A program made the translations under genes and the position numbers. A stretch of DNA of 64,000 nucleotides from Bispira polyomma (taxonomy: Eukaryota): contig OZ287749.1 of the NCBI GenBank assembly GCA_965649765.1, positions 95,976,001-96,040,000 of the forward strand. The letters run 5' to 3'. This document shows, piece after piece, positions 39,170 to 50,760 of this stretch. The notes beneath the pieces were generated by a model. That model saw only the letters and a list, made by a program, of their open reading frames with translations. It was not told the origin of the DNA and ran no database searches. Within the stretch, counting starts at the first letter, position 1, and the number at the start of each line of letters is the position of its first letter.

Positions 39170-40558
39170 ATTTTACAATATGCAAATGACTCAACATTAA
39201 CTCTTTTAGACAAATTATCTATTACTCCACTCTAAATCTTATTGAAGAATATTCACAATATGCTGGTACAAAATTGAACTTTCAAAAGTGTGAAGGTTTA
39301 TAGGGTTTAGGAACTTGAAAAAATAGTGCGAAATGTTTTAAAAACAGACAAAAAAGTTTTGAAAACATTAATTAAAAAAAAGATCCCATAGAATATTTTG
39401 AAGTTTTTATAGGTTTGGATGGGGACAAATGTAATTCCATCAATTGGGATAAACAAAATCATTGAATTTCAAAATGTTCTTTCAAGATGAAAAACTAGAA
39501 AAGTTACACTTTATGGAAAAGTAGTTGTTATCAATACTTTGGATATGCCATTAATAAACATCATATATCTTATTTAGTGTACCACTACAAATTTTAAAAC
39601 ATTTTAAGAAACGAATATTTGACTTTTGGTTGGGCCAAAATCATAAAATTGAAAAAACAACTGTAATTGCAAAACAATATAATGGAGGCTTAGGATTTGT
39701 TGATATATTCTCAAAAGACAAAAGCCATGAAAGCTGCGTGAATTCAAAACACTATCAAAGATGGAATAAATATGGCCAAATTTTAAAAAAATATCTTTTT
39801 TACACTTTGAGTTTTAAAAATTGAGGAAACGGAGGTTTCATTTTAGTGAAAGACTCTTTTTGATGATAATAAAAATTGGCTTGATGAAAATGATGTTCTA
39901 ATAAGGTTGAAAAAAAAAAATTGGATGGTTGAGTATTCAATACCAACTGCTGCAAATATATAAATACAAGAAATGTTTCTATTTTTCACTTATAATGAGA
40001 ATCTCAACTTATTGTTCCTTCCGTTACAGTAAAAAACTTTAGTTATTGATAACCAAAAAATCCTTGACACCTTAAACAGAAATAATCTGGCAGAGAATCA
40101 CTAATACAAATTATACTAGAAAGAAATGGCAGATGATATCAAAATCAAAAATTCACTGACTTCAAGTCTAAGATATTTTTGATAAATCTATTGAATAAAC
40201 AACATCTAGAAATATATATTGGTGAAAAATTAATTTTACTATAATGTTAAAACATGTTTTGTTTTTTTTTGTTTGGCCTTGAAAAATGGAAGTGGTGTAA
40301 TTTTTACTAGAGTGGGTTTTGTTAAAAATAAGCAAACCTACAGATAATCGTTTCATAAAAATGGAACATATTATATTTAACAGTATGTAGAATAATGTAT
40401 AGTGCTTTTGGTGAAAATTTTAAACTGATATGAAAGGAATAAAAGGTTTGAAAGTAACAAGTATGACAGCACAAAGAGATCAATATTTTTATTATGGTTC
40501 TTCATATTGTGCATGTTTGAAGTTGACATAAACAGAAGTACATCTTTAGGAAAGTGTT
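39170..40558 (+). mobile_element. Old, highly degenerate L1/Tx1 ORF2 remnant
   Basis: Remnant translations LQYANDSTL (YADD), YAGTKLNFQKCEG, KVTLYGKVVVINTL and YNGGLGFVD, with many stops. Confidence 0.7.
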
Positions 40559-40578
40559 TGGATTAATAAACCTGGAAA

Positions 40579-41866
40579 ATGGATCAAAATACTGTTGATA
40601 TGTTGATTGGAAAGATCTCTGAAGTTATGGATAAAAAACTTAAAGAGAAACTGGGACCAATAAAACAAGACTTGCAAACATTGAAAAACTCTATGGAATT
40701 TGCATTAGATGAAATTAAGAAGATTAGTATAATTGAGGAGCGCCTAGAAGACAAAGGCAAAGCTATTAGTCACTGTGAAGCTGAAATAGTACATTTGAAA
40801 CATCAAAACAGGCTACTCGAAGAAAAAAACTGTTAAGTTGGAAATGTATATGAGAAGACAGAATGTGAAACTTTGGGGTATCCCTGAGGAAAGAAATGAA
40901 AATGTGGAAGAAAAAGTATTGAAGTTATTCTCAGAACATGGTGTAAACTTGTCAGAACGGTATATCATCAGTGCACACAGATTGGGACCATTCAAAAATA
41001 AAGGGATAAGATCAGTTATTGTGCGATTCATCCATCCAAAGGACAAGGCATTGGTGTTTCCCAAAAAGGCAAATTTGAAAGAAAAAAATATTGTTCTTTC
41101 AGAAGACTATCCACCGTTGGTAGCTCAACATCGTAAGATTATTTTACCCATCTTTTGCAAAGCCTTGGACAAGTATCGTCATTTGGGTCCTAGACTAAAT
41201 GTTGATAAAGTTTTACTACACAACCAGTGGTATGGAGTGCACAAACTTAAAGAGATCCCAGAAGAAGACCTAAGACCTGAGAATGTATTCACAGTGGAAA
41301 AAAAGGGAGTCACAACCTTCTTTACCAAGTTTTCTTGGTTTAGTAATCACAACACAGACTTTCCATTTACTTTGGAAGGTATTAAGTTTGAAAGTGTGGA
41401 ACAATACTTCATGTATAGAAGAACTGTCCTTTTTAAGGATATGGAAGCTGCAGAAGCCATTCTCGCTGAACATGACCCAGTCCAGAACAAACAGCAGGGA
41501 AGGAACATTCATAACGTCAACTCTGACCAATGGAACAGTGTTGCTGAAGAAGAACTTTTTAAGGGGGAGTATGCAAAGTATACACAAAATGATCAGCGAA
41601 AACAACGTCTGTTGAAAACTGGATCCACCCTGTTAGCCGAAGCAAGCCCAATGGATTTGATCTATGGTGTTGGTTTTTCCTTGCGAAACCCGAAGGTATT
41701 TGATCCTACAAAGTGGGAGGGCAAAAATTTGATGGGGAAAGTTTTGGAACGGGTAAGACAAATGCTAAGTAATGTTTCTCTGTGCATGAACATGAGGCTG
41801 AACAACAACTTTATGAAAATTCAATGTTTTGTTTTTATGCATTATATTTGGTATAGTGAGATATAA
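40579..41866 (+). pseudogene. L1-type ORF1 (coiled coil-RRM-CTD) fused to a C-terminal NADAR/YbiA-like domain; one frameshift in an A7 run (40823-40829)
   Basis: Coiled coil at 40579-40830. Removing one A gives EEKTVKLEMYMRRQNVKLWGIPE, the L1 ORF1 RRM entry motif, followed by AHRLG, RSVIVRF and LSEDYP. Then FSN...FESVEQYFM...FKD...AEAIL...P...K..GR...W...KYTQN...LLKTG..LLAEASPMD..YGVG...WEGKNLMGKVLERVR, matching the NADAR signature (~41310-41770). Confidence 0.88.
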
Positions 41867-42325
41867 TGGTCATATAATGTACCAGTTTCATCTCATTTAA
41901 TGTTTTCTTTTGTTACAATAGCTTTTTGTGTATTTCATCATTGATGTACTAGACATATAATGTATCAGTTATATTTAAGTCAATGTTTTCTTTTGTGTTA
42001 CGAAATCCAATGTTTTCTTTTGGTACACAAACCATGGTTTTGCTTTGATGCATTATAATTGGTATAGTGAGATATATTAGTCATATAATATTATTATATA
42101 TCAGTTTCATCTCATTTATTGTTCTCTTTTGTTACAAAAACTTTCAAAACTTTTTGTGTATTACATCATAGATGTACTAGACATATAAGGTGTCAGTTAT
42201 ATTTAAGTTAATGTTTTCTTTTGTGTATTGCATCATATATGTGCAAAACATAAGCCAACAAAATATTATACCCAGTACTAGGCTACTTAATCAAATGTTC
42301 TGTTTTTGGTATACAAACCATGGTA
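41838..42325 (+). repeat. Imperfect ~200-bp tandem duplication in the inter-ORF spacer
   Basis: TGCATTATA..TGGTATAGTGAGATATA...GATGTACTAGACATATAA...ACAAACCATGGT occurs at ~41838-42040 and again at ~42049-42325. Confidence 0.8.
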
Positions 42326-43690
42326 TATCGGCTTATATATGTGAAACTAGAAGGTGGTTTTACAAGTTACTTGCCATACATAGGGTTACCTAATAGTGAT
42401 ATAAGAGTATATAATAGGATATTAAAAGACTTTTTTAAAAAAAAAAATAAATTGTTTTTTCCAATCTAGCTAAGTGTCAGATATTCTGGAACTACATAAA
42501 TATATTAAGTGTTAAAACATGGATATAATCTCAGAGGAGCACATAGTTCCTCATAAAAGCCCAGGTCATTTTGGTAGCAAAAATTAAGCATCAAGGAATT
42601 AGGCTGATTTGGCCTTTTTCCAAAATTCAGTTGATGATAGTAACCCTTATGAACAATTCAATACATTTATATGTCACTAGGACACATATGCTGACTGATT
42701 GATGTGTGGCATTGTGAATAGAGAGTTAAAAACTGAAGCCTATACCATTCATATTGATCAGTCTTTTAGGTGCAATACCTTTTTTGCACTTGTGAAAAAC
42801 CTTGCCCTACCGGTGGACAACTTGGTCTAATATGATTCAAATATGTCAGTTCGGGTCACCTTATATTTAATTCAATATTTTTATAAATAGGTTATGATGT
42901 TTTCAAATATCTGTAACAAGTCTCCTTAGTTAAAATTTTGAGTTTAAAAGATATAGAAATTTCACAGTTAGGGTCATAATGTTTTTTTCATAGAACTCTA
43001 TAAATAATATAGACAAGTACATGTATTATGACTTACCTCAGATCTCCTCTGTTTGATATGTAATTTAAAAGATGTGACAAAAATGCCAGTTATGGTTATA
43101 GAACACTTGTTTATAGAACACAATTATATCTTGGTAGTCTTTAAATTACATCTTGGTGCTATTGTCTGCTGGCTGTTGTTACTTATGACAGGTATTTAAT
43201 TGTAATCAGATAACATATTGTTGCCGTTAAAAACATACAATTGAGTTATCCTTGTGAAACAAGACCAGGTTATAAACTATGTGATAATTATGTCTAACAT
43301 GTTGAAGATGGTAGCTATTACAAACTAATAATAATAATAATAAAAAAAAACTTAATTAGTTACGCTCGCATGTTTTTGACAAACCCACAAGACTATGTTA
43401 TGTATCTCTGGTTTACATTTGACCAGCCAGTAACTTTGATTAATCACTATTTTTTGGCCTTGTATTTTTTAATTATTTTTGTACATTATGTATAGGATAT
43501 GATTTCTTAAAAAAAATGAAAAAGAACAGTTTTACTCACATAGTTATGCAAGTTTACCGCTTAGAGGTTGTATTTGTTGTTAAAATGTTCAATATAACAG
43601 TAACCTATTCATATGAATGTAGTTCAGTAATTGTATTTAGTCTCACTTTGAATTGTGTTAAGCGGTCAGCTCAGAGTCCTATTAGAGGTC

Positions 43691-46600
43691 ATTACTTTTG
43701 ATACAGTGAAGGTGTTATCAGTAAACTGTCAAGGCTTACAAGATAAAAAAAAAGAATAGATGTTTTAAAATACTTAAAAGACTTACATCCGAGTGTAATT
43801 TTCCTTGAGGACACACATTTAGTACAAAAAGATGAAAAGACAGTTCGATCTATCTAGAATGGTGAATGTATACTTAACGGTTATAATACAAATAGCAGAG
43901 GAGTTGCAATTTTGATTAATAATAACTTTGAATGTGAAATAAAGACAGTGTTTAAGGATACAAAAGGAAATTTACTTGTCATGGACTTAAAATTAAGCAA
44001 ATTTTCAATGCGTTCAATAAGCCTATGTGCTCCAAATATGGACACTCCTGAATTATTTAGGCCGGTGGGTGGATTTATTGAATCAAATGATGAGCAATAT
44101 AAAGTTGTATGTGGAGATTTTAACTTAGTGCTTGATCCACAAAAAGATTGTATGAACCACACGAGCATCAACAACCCAAGTTCTTGTAGGGCTGTATTGG
44201 AGATGATTCAAACTTTTGGGTTAACTGACTGTTATAAGTTAAATCATCCAAACAAGAGGCGATACACTTGGAGAAAAAAGAACCCATTAAAACAGGCTAG
44301 GCTTGATTATGTTTTGCTGTAAAATGTTTTAACTGACAAAATTCATAAATCTGATATTTTACCAGGATACAGAACTGATCATTCAATTTTAGAACTGAAC
44401 TTAATTTTAAACAAATTTGAAAAAGGAAGGGGTATCTAGAAATTTAATGTAAGCCTGTTGAAAAATGAGGATTATCTGAGCCTAATTAATAAAGTAATAA
44501 AGGAAGAGAAAGCTCGGTATGCAGTTCCAGTTTATCAATATGGTAATCTTGAACAAATACCAGATCAGGACTTACACTTTTCAATAAATGATAATACATT
44601 CCTTGAATGTTTGTTGCTCAGGATCCGAGGAGAAACTATTAAGTTCTCCACAATATTGAAACATGAAACCTTAAAAATAGATAACAAACTAAAACAGGAA
44701 ATAGAATTTCTTGAGAATGAATATACTCATAACACTGATAATCAGAAACTTTTAGGGGAAAAAAAGCATGAGTTAACAGAATTGAGAGAAACTCAACTAA
44801 ATGGTCATATTGTAAGGTCAAGAATGCAATGGTTATCTGAAGGTGAAAGGCAAACTAGATACTTCTGTTCCCTGGAAAACAAAAAATTTCTGGAAAAACT
44901 ATAAGACAAGTACAAGTACAAAATAATGTGACCTTACTTGACCAAAAGGGCATATTAGAAGAGGTCAAAAACTTTTACAGAAATTTGTTTAGCAATAGAG
45001 ATTCAAACCTAGCTGACATTGACCTTGAATCACTGCTTAAAGATGCAAAACTAAATAAATTAGATGATGATCAAAATTTAGCCCTGGAGGTGGAAATCAC
45101 CTTGATGGAACTATCTGAAGCTCTTTAGCTCTTTTAAAAATAAAGAACAATAAGACACCAGGCATCGATGGCTTACCTACTGAGTTTTTAAAAGTCTTCT
45201 GGTTGAAGTTGAAATATTTTATCTGGCAAAGTCTGAATTATAGTTTTAAGACAGGAGAATTGTCAATTTCCCTTAGACAATGTATAGTAACTTGTCTTCC
45301 AAAAGGCTTTTGACTCAATCTCTTGGAAATTTATGAATAATGTTCTTAAACTTTTCAATTTTGGTCAAGATATAATAAAATGGATCAATTTATTTAATCA
45401 TAATATCAGTGCAGCAATTATACAGTGCGGGTGGCTTTCAGAATTTTTTCAAATCCAGAGAGGCTGTCGCCAAGGAGATCCAATCTCACCTTATCTTTTT
45501 ATTATTTGCGCTGAGGTTCTGTGCAAATTAATACAAAATGACATAATATTAAGGGCATATTTATTGACAAATATGAATATAAGTTGACAAAGTTTGCTGA
45601 TGACACTACATTGTTTCTTGATGGATCTAGGGGCTCTCTGTTGGCTGCTTTAAAAATAAATTAGAAGTATTTGGTTCCTTATCCGGCTTGAATATCAATA
45701 CTGAGAAAACAAAACTGATTTGGATCGGCAAAAAACGAAAATGTAAGGAAAAACTTTATATTGGCAAAACTTTGTGTTGGGATATGGATACTTTTCAATT
45801 CTTAGGACTGGAATTTTCAGTAGATTTGATGGATATTATATCTATTAATTTCACTAAATGTCTACAAGAAATAGAAGAAACCCTGATAAACTGGAAAAAA
45901 CGGAGTTTGACTCCACTGTGTAAGATATCAATTGTTAAAACGTTTGTTCTAAGCAAACTAAACCATCTATTTATGTCACTTCCAACACCAGATATTAAAT
46001 TAATAGAGAGAATAAATAAGTTAATTTTCAACTTTATATGGGACAATAAGCCTGACAAGGTAAGCAGAATTCAATGTACCCAATACTATTTGGTTGGTGG
46101 TTTAAATATGGTAAACTTACAAAATTATATCAAGGCAATAAAGGCCACCTGGGTGAACAGAGTAATTTTTGATTCAGGGGCAAACTGGGTAAAATTATTT
46201 GAAAGCTCTGTAATGCATACTGATAATATATGTCAGATGGGTTTGCAACGGCTTCAAAAAGTAGTTGCAGATGTAAAAAATCCATTTTGGACAAATGTCA
46301 TACATTCTTTGTTATCACTATGTTACCTACTGAACCCTGAAACCTTTGAGGAAGGATTATCCAGTCCTTTCTGGTACAACCATAGATTAACAAGTACTCC
46401 TCTATTCTTCCCACATTGGTTTGAAAAGAATGTAATTTACATAGGAGATATAGTGGACGTGGAGTCAAGAAAGGTACTAAATTTTGAAGACATAAAAGCT
46501 AAATTTGGCTTGATAAAAGTGAACTATCTGGAGTATTATAGAATTAAATCTTTGGTAAATAAGTATTTAAATACATTAAAAAAGAATGACAACGAAAGCC

Positions 46601-47536
46601 CTTTCTAAGGCCAGTCCATCAGTCTCATATAAGAATTTTCTCTAAAAATAATAAGGGCAATAGAGCTCTCTATAAAGTTTTTAATTCTTCAAAAAAAAGT
46701 GTTTGGTAATGACAAATGGAATACAGATTTAAATCTTAATATTGATATAGATAGTTGGAAGTTTGCATACAAAATTTGTTTTAAAACTGTGACAGATAAT
46801 GCTTTAATTTGGCTGCAATACTGTATCCTAACACGCCGTATAGGGGTTAGACGTTTTCTGAAACAGATCAACATTTTGGCAAGTGCAAATTGTAGACTAT
46901 GTAATTTAGAAGAAGAATCAACTATCCACTTGTTTGTGAGATGTTTTTTTTTTTTTTTAATTTGGATATTTAACGTCCACTCTAGTACCTGTTTAGGTTA
47001 TATTGGGACGGGTAGTTGGAAACGCTGGAGGAAACACTGAATACAGTTGATCAAGGTTCTGCACTGAAACCAGCGGCCCACAGTAAGGAACTACCACCTT
47101 TCCCACATAGGCATTGACGGAATTCAAACTCACGTCACCCAGAGGTGAGAGACCAGTGATTGTGAAGCACAATGCTTGCTAACCAGTAGGCCACCGCGGC
47201 CCCATGGTTGCGAGATGTAATGTGTCAAATGAAATATGGAACCATATAACAAGCTTGATTTTAAATGTTTTGAACATAAGAATCACTTTTACTGACTACT
47301 TTATTATAATGGGCTATCCGTATTTTGATCAAAACTTTATACCAGTTGATACAATATTATTAGTAACAAAATACTACCTGTTTCAATATGCTAAATTAAA
47401 TAAAAAAATGTATTTTAGTATTATACAAAGGGTAATTAAACGTATGTATAAAGAGCAGGAAATGCTTGCTAAGATAAAATCAAATTTTGCTCATTTCAGT
47501 AAAATATGGGATAGATGGAAAATATTAATGGAATAA
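43691..47536 (+). pseudogene. L1/Tx1 ORF2 (APE endonuclease, reverse transcriptase, CCHC zinc knuckle), disrupted
   Basis: VLSVNCQGL, FLEDTHL, SRGVAIL, CGDFN, YTW, ARLDY, RTDHS; KTPGIDGLPTEF, KAFDS, RGCRQGDPISPYLF, FADDTT, GGLNMVN; CRLC-x8-H-x4-C. Multiple stops and frameshifts, an internal deletion and a SINE insertion. Confidence 0.92.
46945..47203 (-). mobile_element. tRNA-derived SINE family A inserted in L1 ORF2
   Basis: A box TGGCCTACTGG, B box GTTTGAATTCC, poly(A) tail (T run 46944-46958). TSD TTGYGAGATGT at 46934-46944 and 47208-47218. Confidence 0.9.
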
Positions 47537-48429
47537 TAATAGTATTAAGGTGTTTTTTCTTGTTTTTTTTGATACATTGACAAGTTGTGATAAATGTGGT
47601 TACTTTTTGTTATAAATATACTGTGTAATATTAAACTATATGTTAATTGTAACAGGTCAGTGTAGCTTTTTAATCCCTTTTCCTGCACTTACCTGCAAAA
47701 TAATTGTTAAAATGGGGAACATTAAAAGAAATAAAAATAGAAAAAAAAAAGTGTTGTTTTTGGTCTGTTTATAAAACATAAACCAATTATGTCAGGATTT
47801 TAGTTATTACTATAATTTCATATTCTACCTACAATTGTTGGATTTCATGTAATTTTGAAGGCCAAAAATATAATGATTTACATTTAAATAGTGAAATAAA
47901 ATTAACACAAATCTTCTTTTTTTATAAGTATTTCAGAAAATTATGACTAAAAAGTGCTTCTCATATTTAAATGAAATTTCTCATAATATTTTTAGAATCC
48001 TGTAAATATTTAGATGTTATGAATATATGTAAATTTTCAACTATACAGTGTAAACCTCACATAAATAAATATATGTTGTATAAGTATAATAGAAATGCTG
48101 TAATTTGAATTTGTAATCTTATTATTGATACTGTATATGAACCTTATTGTAAAGATCTAAAAGGGGGTTGGCTACCCACCCCCTCAAAGATTATTAGTGT
48201 TGGGTAGATAGCGGCAAGGGTACAATCACCAAGCCAGCAGCAAGGATCGAACAAGTACCCTCCGATCTTTCACATCCAAAGGGCCAACACACTGATCGCT
48301 ATAGGCCACAGAGAATAGCTATACTCGAAATTGCTATACTCTATATGGATAGCTGGACTGTATGGAGGTATAATTTTCTTAGGTTTTGGTTGGCCGAAAT
48401 TTATTGTTTTATAGGCATGCATTTTGAAA

Positions 48430-49400
48430 TAATTCTATACCTATAACTGGTGACCATGCAATGGGTTTCTATATGTGTGGACTGATTTGAACAAAATTAA
48501 GTTTATTGACGTTTGAGATAGGGCGTTCTAAAGGACATGGAGTCTGTTTAAATCAAAACTGAAAAGGCCAATGAGCAGAGAATTGCAGTAGTCGACCCTA
48601 CTGCTTGCCAATGCAGTAACCAAAGTTTATTGTCATGTCCATATCAATCATAGGACAAATACAATAAATGTCTTGCACATATTACCATGCATGCAGTTTC
48701 CTTTACTGAGTTTGCTGGATTGGCACCATTTCAAGCATCTGAACAGGTAGATATTAAGTCAGTTACTTTTGTTTGGCTTTATCTTCAACTATAGTGAACC
48801 CAGTCTTGCTTAGATTTATTGTTGTCGAGCAACTTGGTGGTATGTGTACAGCTGTGTGTTTGTCATCAGCATAAAAGTAATATTTGATGTTTTTGTGGGT
48901 AGAAATGATGAAATGGTGAAAGTATAAAGAAAAATAATATGGCCCTAAGGACATAGCCTTATAGGGCTCTAAAACATATATATTCATATTTAAATAAAAG
49001 ATAGCCAATCTTTACACTCTGTGTGCGGTTATAAAAATATATGTTTTGAACAATCTTAAGGCCCGAGCTGTGATGCCAAACCATTATTTAACTATGGTAA
49101 ACAAGATGAAATGGTGTCATATGCTGCGTAAAACCTTTTTAGATAAAGTAGGATCAGTAACGATTATGCTCTTTGATTGTGGCTACCCCTAAATCATTTT
49201 ATAAGTATAACAAAGTTTACTTAGTTGGATCGGAAAGTTTAGAAAACCCAGAATCATCAACATGCTATTTTGGCTGCATTGCTCTGACTTTTCAACTATT
49301 TTGAAAATTAATTGAGATTTTAAACTGGTCTGTAAAATCTGGAGTTCTTTCTTATAGCTAATGTAAGCTTTTTAATAATGGGGGCTGCAAAAAGCTTTAT
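48430..49400 (-). mobile_element. Degenerate L2-type RT remnant
   Basis: Remnants YRPV, LGP, YYFYADD and ALASSRVDYCNSLL on the minus strand. Confidence 0.7.
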
Positions 49401-50224
49401 TCGAAAATGTCGGCAAAACATCGTCAGAGATGGACAAATTTACATTAGTTATACTTCATACATTAATTTTTTTCCACTGTAGTGACGGCAGACGTGTTGA
49501 CACTATCTATGAAGTCATATAGAATACATTGGTATTTATAATCTGCACATATATCTACCTTCATCTGATACTCATTAACCCTTTCCTACTGTAAAAGTAA
49601 GTCTTAGTGGTCATCTGAGCCACTAGGCAAATGCATGTTTACATTTTACCCAAGAATGTTTTCCCACCAATGAAACTAGTGACCACTACTGGAAGCTGAA
49701 CCTGGGACCATCAGATGACTGGACCAACTTCCTGACTACCAGGCCACAGGGAACGACTAATATAGAATTCATAGTGAATTCAAGTGGATCTACAAGTAGT
49801 GTCATAGATGCAGTCATACATAGAACCTAAAAGTACTTTATGGTACAGAAGTGATGCCACTTTAGAGAATCTTATCTATGAGCTGTAATAGCTAGAAATG
49901 CATAATCAGCCAAAGACACATAGGTTTCATAAGGTTCATAGAGCTATATAGGAGCTGGGGGAGCTCATACTACAACAAAACTGCAGAAAATACACTCTAG
50001 ATATGCATAATTATTATACAAACACTTATACAATATAGCTGACTAGGTTTCTAAAATTAACTAGTCTTCACTTGCAATGATGTGTACCTAAGCCAATCAT
50101 TGAATATATCATAGTCTGGTACCCTCAGTAAATCCTTTCTGGTGGGGGCGGGTTTGTATGAGGTTAGAGCCTTCAGTTCTGGGCTGAATTGGTGGTTCTG
50201 AAGAACCTAGGAGTTAATTTTTAC

Positions 50225-50440
50225 TGTGACTTCGCCTTTAAAAAACATGTCTCGAATATCTGTCATTCCTGCTACTGCAACATCTGTGACTTTCGTAGGA
50301 TCTGATGGCATTTAACACAAGAAAATGCCATTGCAGTAGCAAATGCCCTAGTATCAAGGCGACTAGGTTACTGTAACTCACTACTATATGGAATTGGACA
50401 GGGCCAAATAAACAAACTACAGAAAATTTAAAACTATGTT
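50225..50440 (+). mobile_element. Internal L2 RT fragment closely similar to ~52695-52898
   Basis: AIAVANALVSRRLGYCNSLLYGIGQGQINKLQK. Confidence 0.75.
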
Positions 50441-50510
50441 AGTAGTGAAGGTGGCTAGGTATCAGTTTAAGTTTCACAGGATATACCCTGAATTATAGTT
50501 CATGCTCTGT

Positions 50511-50760
50511 GGTCTCTGTGGCCTAACGGTTAGAGTGTCTGACTTTGGATCTGAGTAATCTCAGAGCCCTGGTTTGATCCTCGCTGCAGGTCTGGAGATT
50601 GTACCCTTGGACTAGGTGCTTTACAAACTTTTGCCTCTCTACCCATGTGTATAAATGGGTACCTGGCCACTAATGGGTGTTAGTCTTTGTGTGCCGCATG
50701 TGGCTGCACAAGTATGCTTCCTGAGGGAGCTGAAATTGAATAATTGGTTGACAAAGTCGC
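50511..50760 (+). mobile_element. tRNA-derived SINE family B (CORE-like)
   Basis: GTGGCCTAACGGTTAGAG (A box), GGTTTGATCC (B box), CCTTGGACTAGGTGCTTTAC...CTCTCTACCCATGTGTATAAATGGGTACC. Confidence 0.8.

Larger units (their letters stand above)
40559..47750 (+). mobile_element. L1/Tx1-clade non-LTR retrotransposon, near full length and defective, with an ORF1-NADAR fusion
   Basis: ORF1, ~1.8-kb spacer, ORF2 (APE-RT-CCHC), AATAAA at ~47730 and poly(A) at 47741-47750. Candidate TSD AAAGTGTT at 40551-40558 and 47748-47755. Confidence 0.85.

Noticed and set aside
41310-41770. Bacterial ybiA gene or contaminant
   Set aside because: The domain is in frame with an L1 ORF1, matches the local base composition and lies inside a poly(A)-tailed element between intron-containing genes.
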